Translations under genes and position numbers: made by a program
Virus record (IMG/VR): IMGVR_UViG_3300044858_005694
Location: 1 to 26,489 of that record
From: a virus
Lineage: Duplodnaviria; Caudoviricetes
Length of the DNA: 26,489 nucleotides
Reading direction: 5' to 3' (one strand)
The notes under the pieces: generated by a model
Told to the model about the DNA's origin: nothing
What the model saw: the letters and a program-made list of their open reading frames with translations, nothing else
Databases searched by the model: none
In this document: positions 7,428 through 16,100 of the stretch, in pieces
How positions within the stretch are numbered: the first letter of the stretch is position 1
Layout: each line of letters begins with the position of its first letter

Positions 7428-8381
7428 ATGCTGCCGATCGAAATCACAGTCAAAATCCAACCAAACGCCGAGTGTATAACCCCTTTGCCGCTCGGCAATA
7501 TCACCTACCAGTATCCGACTACCCTCACGACCGACAAGATTAGTGAGATTGAGACGACCAATGCTCCAATAGGGTATTCAAGATTCGCCGCGATCTACGG
7601 TGGCGAGCCTTCAGTCTCGGTGTCGCGAAGTTCTATTATTACGAACGGGACAGCAACTGTAGGTTCAGCAAATCTTCAATCAGCACTTCCTCTATCCAGC
7701 ATAGTCGGTGACGCCGACGATCAGATATACACTGAAAATGGTCTTTTGAATCCGGGAATATATCAACCTGCAGGATTACTAGGCGGTGCATACCTAACTT
7801 ATTTTAACGGCGTGGACACCCCTCGTTGGAGCCGTCGGGATTCAAGCGTTTATTTTCCGCAGGTAGATTTTTTCCCGCGCTACAACCAGTGGTTTGCCTC
7901 GACCATTTGGAGTACACCCTACGATCCGTCTGAGCTGCAGTCTCCGGCAAGCTATGATATAATGTTTGTCTATGTAGACCGGAGTTCAAAAATAGTTTAC
8001 TACCGGCCCGGTATTGTTAACTTATCTAAAAATACTATTGGGCTTGACCCTTCACTGAATCTGACAACAGTTTCATGGGGCCCCTACAGCGGCGGGTTCT
8101 CCGGCACCCGGCCGTGGTATTTGAATATCGCAGGTCTCTTACAAAATGTAAGTTCCGGAGCGGTGAAATTCCAACTTTTCTTTATTGACCCCTCTGGAGG
8201 AGATAATTTGGCAAAAGAAATAACGTCCAACTCTCCTCGACTTCCAAGTAACTGGGGTTTGTTAACCCCCACGTCTGCACTCGGATCGGTTTTCAAAATA
8301 AAAGTTGTTGCAGTTTTGCAGGACGACTCCGGGGTATCCGTAACATCCAACGAACTCGCTGTGAGTAACCCCAACGCGTGA
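7428..8381 (+). CDS. Putative tail-associated protein with AT-rich variable core
   Basis: 317 aa, S/T/G/aromatic-rich. GC-richer ends flank an AT-richer middle (~7630-8320). Confidence 0.5.
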   Translation: MLPIEITVKIQPNAECITPLPLGNITYQYPTTLTTDKISEIETTNAPIGYSRFAAIYGGEPSVSVSRSSIITNGTATVGSANLQSALPLSSIVGDADDQIYTENGLLNPGIYQPAGLLGGAYLTYFNGVDTPRWSRRDSSVYFPQVDFFPRYNQWFASTIWSTPYDPSELQSPASYDIMFVYVDRSSKIVYYRPGIVNLSKNTIGLDPSLNLTTVSWGPYSGGFSGTRPWYLNIAGLLQNVSSGAVKFQLFFIDPSGGDNLAKEITSNSPRLPSNWGLLTPTSALGSVFKIKVVAVLQDDSGVSVTSNELAVSNPNA

Positions 8382-8590
8382 GTCCGCTATCTAACTTTCC
8401 CAAGATTTCGGTCCTCCCGGATATGACCGTGGTCAACGGGAGCATTCAGCGCACCCCGCAAAGGCAAAACTCTCCCGAGCGCGGCGGGCGCGGTCGGCAA
8501 GGACCGCGTGGTCGCTCGGGTCGGGTTTATACTTACGACGCTGTCAGTCCAACAGCGCAGTCGACTAATATTGAGTCTGTTGAACTATGA
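8378..8590 (+). CDS. Small hypothetical protein with RG-rich tract
   Basis: GTGA and ATGA overlaps at both ends. Contains 'ERGGRGRQGPRGRSGR'. Confidence 0.5.
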   Translation: MSPLSNFPKISVLPDMTVVNGSIQRTPQRQNSPERGGRGRQGPRGRSGRVYTYDAVSPTAQSTNIESVEL

Positions 8591-9141
8591 ACGAGAGAGC
8601 TTATATCCTTACAGGAAAGCAAGGATACCCTATAGTTCTGGTTAATTGCGTCCTTATCGCTGACATTGACTTGTCTGAAGCTGTGGCCGACCGCGAAGCC
8701 GAGGAGGTCGGGCAGATACTTACTTTGGCTGACGACTATAGTCTTGTGTTTCGCGTCTACCGCACTCCGCAAGGGCTGCGGGCCATTTGCGTAAGTGACA
8801 AGGTGCGCCCCAAGGCTGCTGTCTCTAAACGTCTCTTAGAGGATATTAACACAGACTGGAGGTACGTTAAGAGCGCCCAAGATATTGAATCTTTCTCCGC
8901 TCGTATTGGCGGCAAACCGGCTCGCATGGGGATGGAGGTGCCTGACAAATTCAATTATTTTGCTCTCCTCCCAAAAGAGCAGCGAGAGTGGGATGCGCGC
9001 TACAACGCCGTCGCGCAAAAATACAAAGCCTGCGAGTTTATCCTTCAGACCACCGAGTGCAAGATGCCCTCGGAAATCGCCAATTTTATCGCTTTGCACG
9101 ACGAGCGGACTAAATGTTTCGCCGATCTCCCAATGGCTTGA
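8587..9141 (+). CDS. Hypothetical protein with AEP (primase-polymerase)-like motifs
   Basis: 'VLIADID' (hhhDhD), 'FRVYRTPQGLRAI' and 'TDWRY...FSARI..KP'. Confidence 0.5.
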   Translation: MNERAYILTGKQGYPIVLVNCVLIADIDLSEAVADREAEEVGQILTLADDYSLVFRVYRTPQGLRAICVSDKVRPKAAVSKRLLEDINTDWRYVKSAQDIESFSARIGGKPARMGMEVPDKFNYFALLPKEQREWDARYNAVAQKYKACEFILQTTECKMPSEIANFIALHDERTKCFADLPMA

Positions 9142-9166
9142 CCCTCGAAGTATAAAAGTGTAAAGT
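9138..9166 (+). promoter_or_regulatory. Candidate sigma70 promoter
   Basis: TTGACC (9138-9143), 17 nt, TAAAGT (9161-9166), ending 13 nt before ATG 9180. Confidence 0.5.
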
Positions 9167-9179
9167 CACCTTTGTAAAA

Positions 9180-10139
9180 ATGACCCTGGCCCAGGCACGA
9201 CAACTTTTGCACCAGCACATCAGCCCCGAGGGGCCTGATAGCATTGCTGTGCCTGCCCGGATCAACGAGATCTGCGAGCGATTTTTTGTCAGCGGCCGGT
9301 GGAAAGGGATGATAGTAGAAGTTGATCTAGATGCCTCTCAAGGCTACGTCACCCTTCCCCGGCGCTGCGAAGCCGTCCTGGGCATCACCGTGGACAAGAC
9401 TCCGCGCACGCCGTTCGGCCGCTGGTATTCCTTTGTGCCGGGCGGCCCCGGACAGTTGGACAGCTCCACGCACTGCGGGGCTGATCTTATTTTGGATGCG
9501 GGTGACAACCACCCAATCTACCGCGATTCTCCCTACGAGACTTTCCGTCTGCGTGTCAAAGTCCCTAGCACATCCGACCGGGATACGGGCCATTATGTGG
9601 TGCTCAAGGGCAACGACGCCGACGGAAATCCCGTCTACGCCAGCGACGGCAGCGAGGGCCTTTCTTTATCCCTGACCGCCGCCGAGAACACGACCACGCA
9701 ATACTTTTCCAGTGTTTCGGGGGTCCTTAAAACTTTGACCAATGGCTATCTGACGCTTTGGGCCGTGAACGCGGCAGGGGCCGAAACCCAGATCGGGGAA
9801 TACGAGCCGGGGGAGACCAATATCGGGTATCGCCGCTACCGTGTCGTTCGGGGCGACAATAGCCAGGCCGCCGTGGTGCGGGCTTTGTGCAAGCGCCGTT
9901 ATGTGCCGGTTATGTCGGAGAACGACGAGATCATCCCCGACAACATGGGGGCCCTCAAACTCGGGCTTATCTCTTTGAAGTACGAGGACACCAACGACCT
10001 GGAACGGGCCACCGAGTATTTCACCAAAGCCCTGTCGCTCCTGAACGCGGAGTTACGCGAACAGCGCGGCAGTCAATTCAACACTCTTCGTTTCAGTCCG
10101 CACGGCTTCGGGCTGGGGAAGATATCCAGGCAATACTAA
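9180..10139 (+). CDS. Putative tail tubular protein A / head-tail adaptor
   Basis: N-terminal helical 'MTLAQAR..L....RINEICER', a beta-rich middle and C-terminal helices 'A.EYF.KALSLLNAEL', as in podovirus adaptor proteins. It precedes the ejection-protein genes. Confidence 0.55.
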   Translation: MTLAQARQLLHQHISPEGPDSIAVPARINEICERFFVSGRWKGMIVEVDLDASQGYVTLPRRCEAVLGITVDKTPRTPFGRWYSFVPGGPGQLDSSTHCGADLILDAGDNHPIYRDSPYETFRLRVKVPSTSDRDTGHYVVLKGNDADGNPVYASDGSEGLSLSLTAAENTTTQYFSSVSGVLKTLTNGYLTLWAVNAAGAETQIGEYEPGETNIGYRRYRVVRGDNSQAAVVRALCKRRYVPVMSENDEIIPDNMGALKLGLISLKYEDTNDLERATEYFTKALSLLNAELREQRGSQFNTLRFSPHGFGLGKISRQY

Positions 10140-10195
10140 TCGATAGCTCTTCATTGATGGAGCAACTCTAACAGTCAAATAAGCACGAAAACACT

Positions 10196-10399
10196 ATGAA
10201 TACCGGATTCTCAGATGAGGAACTCGAAAGCCGCTACGCTCGCGGTGAAATCAGTCGTGAACAGATGGAGGAGCTTAGAAACCGTCGCCAAAATTTGAAG
10301 TATACGCGACAGAATCGGATGGACGAGGTTGCCAAACAGCGTCTCAGAGATGCTTACACTAGCATGACCACGTCGAGCCCGTCACTAAAAGCCAACTAA
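10196..10399 (+). CDS. Small SHOCT-like domain protein
   Basis: 'EELESRYARGEISREQMEELR' matches the SHOCT pattern L..RYARGEI..EE. Confidence 0.55.
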   Translation: MNTGFSDEELESRYARGEISREQMEELRNRRQNLKYTRQNRMDEVAKQRLRDAYTSMTTSSPSLKAN

Positions 10400-10409
10400 C
10401 GCCGATACC

Positions 10410-11726
10410 ATGGCTACCACCCGCAGCGACGGCAAAATGACCCGCGAAGAGCTGGAACGCGAAGAGGAATTAGAGCGAATCCGACGCCAGCGTAAAAACA
10501 GCGAACGCAACCAGGGGCGCGACCCTGATGAGCGGGCCATCAGTCAGGCTGAGATTCTCCTGACTTCGCAGGGTTTTTCGGCTGCCAAAGCCGGGAAGAA
10601 TCGTGGTCGGGTTCGCGATGTTGTTCAGCGTGCCGCCGAAGCCGAGCCTATGACCGAAGCCGGTCGCAAGCGGCAGGAGCGGGTGCTTGGGCAATACGAC
10701 GACTTCATGCGCGACGCCGACGAGTTCGCGGGCAAACCGGTCGGCAACTACGAGCCGGTCAAACCCCGGTGGAAGGAGCGCGAGGAGGCGGCGGAGAAGG
10801 CAGTGGCCGAGGTCAAAGCAAAAGGAGACAAGGCTTTTGAGAAAGCAAAGTCTGAGGGGTGGGAACTTTATGAAGAAGGAAGTTTCCCGACTGGCTACAA
10901 AGCAGGCGAACGTGCAGCCGACGGGCCGGACGACGAACAGCTAGTTACTATACAAACACCATCTGGAGGAAGTATAGTCGCTAAAGGAAAAAACATAAGT
11001 GATAATTTGTATGGCAGCAACAGGCGGGATATAGATCGCGCGGAGGCCGCTGAGGAATTCCAGCAACGTCTGGCCGAGAGGCGAAGAGATCGTAAGTTTG
11101 CCGAGGCCGAGCAACTTTCCTCACGTCTTGCAGACAAAGGAATAGATCAGACGCCAACCAAGAAAGACGGCACCCCGGACGTCGACAGAATGCGGGGCAT
11201 GCTGTCGGCGGCGACCTTCCAAGAATGGGACGAAGCGGACCGAATGTTGGCGCAAGGACGCGCCCAGCAAAAATCTGACCGGCAGCGGTTGCGCCAAGTG
11301 AACATCGCACTCCGTGAGGGCGGCGGCCGTGGGGGCCTGATGAGCAACGCGGAGCGTGCGGCTCTTGAATCGGAAGCAGCTAACTTACGCAACGCCACAC
11401 AGTATATGAACGACGAGGCTTTGCGCAGCTACGGCAGAGACTCCGAGCAAACCCGACTGGCGGAAATCCGCAAAGCCAACGAGATCGCCGAGGCGCAACG
11501 CAAACAGGCCAACGCTTTGGCGACCAAAGCCGAGTCGGCGGGTTTTGTGATGTCCGACCAAGAACTGAGCGGCATGGGGCTTCCTTCACTGAGCGACGAC
11601 AAGGCGTGGGAAGAAGCGCTTAAAAATAATCCGATGTTGGAGCCGCTCTATAAAGCTCTCAAATCCTCCAAGAAAATTTCCCGCACCGGCAGAACTATGG
11701 CCGACGCGTTGACTGCACTGACTTGA
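10410..11726 (+). CDS. Putative internal virion/ejection protein 1
   Basis: 438 aa, highly charged and helical, no Cys. First of three large ORFs after the adaptor gene. Confidence 0.55.
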   Translation: MATTRSDGKMTREELEREEELERIRRQRKNSERNQGRDPDERAISQAEILLTSQGFSAAKAGKNRGRVRDVVQRAAEAEPMTEAGRKRQERVLGQYDDFMRDADEFAGKPVGNYEPVKPRWKEREEAAEKAVAEVKAKGDKAFEKAKSEGWELYEEGSFPTGYKAGERAADGPDDEQLVTIQTPSGGSIVAKGKNISDNLYGSNRRDIDRAEAAEEFQQRLAERRRDRKFAEAEQLSSRLADKGIDQTPTKKDGTPDVDRMRGMLSAATFQEWDEADRMLAQGRAQQKSDRQRLRQVNIALREGGGRGGLMSNAERAALESEAANLRNATQYMNDEALRSYGRDSEQTRLAEIRKANEIAEAQRKQANALATKAESAGFVMSDQELSGMGLPSLSDDKAWEEALKNNPMLEPLYKALKSSKKISRTGRTMADALTALT

Positions 11727-11727
11727 T

Positions 11728-13128
11728 ATGAAATACCGCCCTTACCGTTCGGTCTACAACGAAGAAGAAGATGAAGACAAATCTGTGTTTTCGTTCGAAG
11801 ACGAATTTGGTTCGGACCCTTTGCTGCGCCGGTATGGGGTGACGCCGACTGCCGTCCGCGCGGCCACCGCCAATGCCGAGCTGGCCACGGCCAAGCGCTT
11901 GAACGCCGAGGCCGATCTTGAAGTAGCCCAAGCCGAACAAGAGGCCCGGATTGCCCCCCTGCGTGCGGTGGCGGACCGCTTCAAAATGATCAACGAGTTG
12001 TCTTCGCAGAAATACCAGTTGGAACAAGACGCTCGGACTAGAACGGCCGCTACCAGCATCAATGACTTGTTGCCGAAGATTGGCAGCGCCACGGAATTGG
12101 AGGAACTTATAGCCAATAACTCCGACGGTCTTTTGGATAAAGAAACGAGCTTGCGGGTTGACGCCAGGCGTCTGCAACTGCGGACAAGGGACAAAGCCGA
12201 GCTGCGTTCCAAGTTGCCCAAGGCGATGTCCACCGCAGAGATCAATGATTTCAAAATGTGGGCTGGAGAGCGGCAGCTATTGGGCGATCCCGAAGTCACC
12301 AGTTTGTTTGACACTTGGAGTCAAGTTGCCGGGGAGAAGGAATCCTTGATGGAAGGTTTGCGCAATAAGGGCGTGCAGCAAATGCCAGTGACTCCAAGCT
12401 TGGAGTTCGATGTCGCTACGGCAAGGGACGCACTGCGTGGGGAATACACCCGCCAGGATGTCTCTACAGATCGCACCATTCTGGAGAATCTTAATAGACA
12501 GCGCACGAGTATTCTGGACCCGGATGCGCCTGAAGCTCAGGAACTGGACGAACAGATCAAGATGGTCACGGACCGTCTGTTGGCTGCGGGCAACCAGGGC
12601 TCGACCGAGCGGGCCCGTTCGCAGGAGATATTAAGCGGTCTAGGGGGAGCCGGTGAACAATTCGAGTCGGAGTCCGATAGTTTCATCTATGGTCCATCAA
12701 AACCCAAAGCCCCGGCCGCCGACCAGCCAACCGCGCCGCCTGCCCCCACGGAACCAACGCCAACACCCGCGCCGCCTGAACCTGAGTCGGAAGCTGAAGT
12801 CGCCCGAAAAGCCGAAGAGGAAAAAGTTACCGCCCAATCAGACCGTGCGGCCAACGATGTCGAGACTCTTACCGAAGAGCGTGATCGTCTCTACAAACGC
12901 GGTTATAAATTCTCTCCGAGCAAAGACCAACGTGAGACTTATGCCAGAGTTGACCAAGCGGTCAGCGATGCACGTAACGAAGAGGCTGACGCACGCCGTC
13001 AAAGGCGGGCCGAGATCGACTCTCGTTTGAAAGAGATTGGCAAGTTCCCAAATGACCCTCAACTACGTGAAGAAGCTCAGGCTTTGATTGAAGAAAAACG
13101 CCGGTTGACTGGCGCTAAGATTTTCTAA
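11728..13128 (+). CDS. Putative internal virion/ejection protein 2
   Basis: 466 aa, coiled-coil-like, with a Pro-rich linker (12700-12790) and no Cys. Confidence 0.55.
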   Translation: MKYRPYRSVYNEEEDEDKSVFSFEDEFGSDPLLRRYGVTPTAVRAATANAELATAKRLNAEADLEVAQAEQEARIAPLRAVADRFKMINELSSQKYQLEQDARTRTAATSINDLLPKIGSATELEELIANNSDGLLDKETSLRVDARRLQLRTRDKAELRSKLPKAMSTAEINDFKMWAGERQLLGDPEVTSLFDTWSQVAGEKESLMEGLRNKGVQQMPVTPSLEFDVATARDALRGEYTRQDVSTDRTILENLNRQRTSILDPDAPEAQELDEQIKMVTDRLLAAGNQGSTERARSQEILSGLGGAGEQFESESDSFIYGPSKPKAPAADQPTAPPAPTEPTPTPAPPEPESEAEVARKAEEEKVTAQSDRAANDVETLTEERDRLYKRGYKFSPSKDQRETYARVDQAVSDARNEEADARRQRRAEIDSRLKEIGKFPNDPQLREEAQALIEEKRRLTGAKIF

Positions 13129-13134
13129 TTAACC

Positions 13135-16100
13135 ATGCTGCGGAAACCACGCTCATGGGTTGAGATCGAGGAGGACGAAGAGTTTCAAAGTCTTGCTCCC
13201 GATCGCAAACTCAAAATCCTCAACGACTGGTCGACCGCCGTCCAAGACTACGGACTGAGCACGGGAGCGACCCCGGACAATGCCGGGTTCGGCAAGATCC
13301 GTGGTTTCCGGGACCAGAAGGCCCAGGAATACGAGACGCTGCTAAACCCGCCAGCGGAACCGGATAAACCGTTTTTCCGTTTGGGGGATGTGGCATCCGC
13401 GCTCGGGGGCGTGCCGAAGGATTTATATTACGGAGTGCCGGTGGCGGCCCGCCGGTTAGGTGAGGGTCTGGTGCGTCCCGACCAATATTCGGCCGAGTCC
13501 CAACAGGCCTTTGCCGAGGAGCGCCGACGGCTGGAGGAGGAACAAAAACTCCAGCAGGAACGCGAGTTGCGCGGGGAGTCTTCGACGATGGGCGATTGGA
13601 TTCGGCAAGCCAGCGACAGCGCGGCGTTCTCGATCGCGAACATGGGCGTCGCGCTCCCGGCATCGGCAGCAGCCGGTGCGGCTGTCAGCGCGGCGTTTCC
13701 CCCGGCGGCACCGATCACCGGTCCCCTAACCACGGCGGCAGCGGCCGGTGCGGCCATGCTCACTTCGGCTCCGGTAGCTTACCGGATCGCGGGCAACCAG
13801 TTTTTGGATGACGCGTTCAATGAACTGACCAAACAAAAAGGCGAGCCTTTAACCGAAGAGGAGCGTGACAAAGCATACAATGAACTTTTGCCGATCGCGC
13901 AAAATACTGCTTTGTGGGAAGCGGGTCCAGAAGCCGTGGGCAACGCCGTCACTTTAGGCGTCGGTAAATTTGTTTTTGGGTTCGGAAAAGACGCGGCAGT
14001 CGACTTGGCGGCCAAAGCGCTGGGCAAAGCCGGTCAGACCGCGAGCAAAGATTTTGCGGCAGGCGCGGCGTTAAAATCCTTGCAGGCGGCAGGGGTCAAG
14101 GCTCCGTCGGCCGAGCTGATTGAAGCCACGGCCGATAAGGCCATGAAGGAGGCGGCCAAGACCGGCATTCGCAGGGCTGTCGAAAAGAGCGCGGCTGTGT
14201 TGGGCGATGTGGGGGTAGAGACGACCACTGAAGCCATTACCCAGACACAGCAGGGGTATGATCAGGGCCGGATGCAGCAATACGTGCAGACAGGGTCGAC
14301 GGAGGGTGCGGTCAACGAATACGAGGGGCTGGCCGGATTTGGCAAAGCCTACAAAGAAGTGTTCGGCCCCACGATCGCCACGCTTGGGATGTTCGGGGCC
14401 ACGGCGGGCGGGATCAAGGCGGCCTCGATGGCTTTGCCCGGCAACAACCAGAAAAAGAAAGAAGAGACGATCGACAACATTGTGGCCGGTGCGGCTGCTA
14501 TTGCCGACAACCTCAATAAAAGCGGCGCACCGCAAACGGCCAAAGCCATGTCTGACGTGGCGGCCAAACAGGCGTCGGCTGTTTTGCGGACTCAGCAAAA
14601 TGAAGAAGATCTTGTCGACGAGACGACCAGGGAACTTCTCGACGATCTGGAAGCCAAAGCTGCAGAGGAGAAAAAGAATCAGCCGGGTAAACCGACCGCA
14701 ACTTTCGATACTCCCGAGGCGGAGTCGCTTGACGCTTTGGAACGCTACCGCCGGGGCGAGCTTACCATGGACCAACTGGCGGCGACCAATGCCCGTCTGC
14801 AAATCCAACAGCGCAACGTGGCACGGGGCGAGGGCGACAATCCGCTTCAGCAATACGTTGATAAATCCAAGCTCTATTCCAACGACGTCCTTAATCTTCT
14901 TTCCCAATACGGCGGCATCGAGGCCGAGACCCTGGCTGATGTCTCCAATCCCGAGGCGGTCGTAGCTTGGCTGCAGCGCAACGACATCGGACCCCGGAAC
15001 CGGGCGTGGCGCGGACGCGAGCTGACGCCATTCGGGGACCAGGGAGCCGGGACCCCGCTCTTCGATCAAGCTCCCAAGCCCGCAGCAGTAACTCTGACAC
15101 CGGCACCGGCCCCTGCGCCCGAACCTGTGGTTGAGGAGCCACCGGCCGCCGTCAAGATTCCGGACCAGTTTACTCCCGATGCTCTGGCCGCCCAACCCGA
15201 TGACGAGTTCAACGAGAACGAACGGGTCGTGGCCGGGGCGGTCGAGCGTCTGCCCGAGGGTGACCCTCGTCGCGTGGCGGCCCAGCAGGCATTGTCGAAT
15301 ATCCAAGCTGAGCGCGCCCGTCGCACTCCGGCTCCTGCGGCGGCAACACCTGCACCGGCAGCGGTAACACCGACACCGGCACCCGCTACTCCTGCGTCCG
15401 CAGCACCAGCTCCCGCACCTGCACCTGCACCAGCACCGGCACCTGAAACTCCGGACGTCGATCCTTACTCGCCCGAGGAACTAGCCAAACTGACCGACGA
15501 TGAACTGGACGAGGAGGCCACGTTGGCCCAGCGCCGGGCCGAGTTGGTCGGCACGTTCGGGAACATGGGCGTGGGCGTCGAGGCCGAAGCAGCCGAGGCC
15601 AATGATGTGTTGGGCAAGGTTACGGCGGAGATTAACCGGCGTAAGCAACCGGCAGCACCGGGGGCTACCAATCCTTTTGAGCAGTCGGGCGTGGTAGTGA
15701 CTGGGACCGGAGGAGTTCCTACTGATCCGAACAGGCTGGACGCCACAACACTTGAGCAAAAAAATCCGCTGGGTTTGCGAGTCGCCGCAAAAGCTCCAAG
15801 CGGTGAAGTCGTCGTCGGTAAAACTGGCGAAGCGCATTTTAATCTTGAATACCCTGAAGGGTCAGATCTGGGGTTTGTTGATAGGGATGGCAACTACCTA
15901 ACTCGCGCAGAAGCAGCTAAAGCCCAGACCCAAGCTCTAAGTAGTGCTATGGCACCCGCATCACCTACACCCGCTTCTTCTGCGTCAGGGGTGACAACCA
16001 CCCAGCCCAAACCCACGGCCACAGCACCCAAACCTGCAACCCAAGAGGGCGACTTGGTCCTGACCAATGATCCGCTACCGGAAGCGCCCAAGAACCAGCA

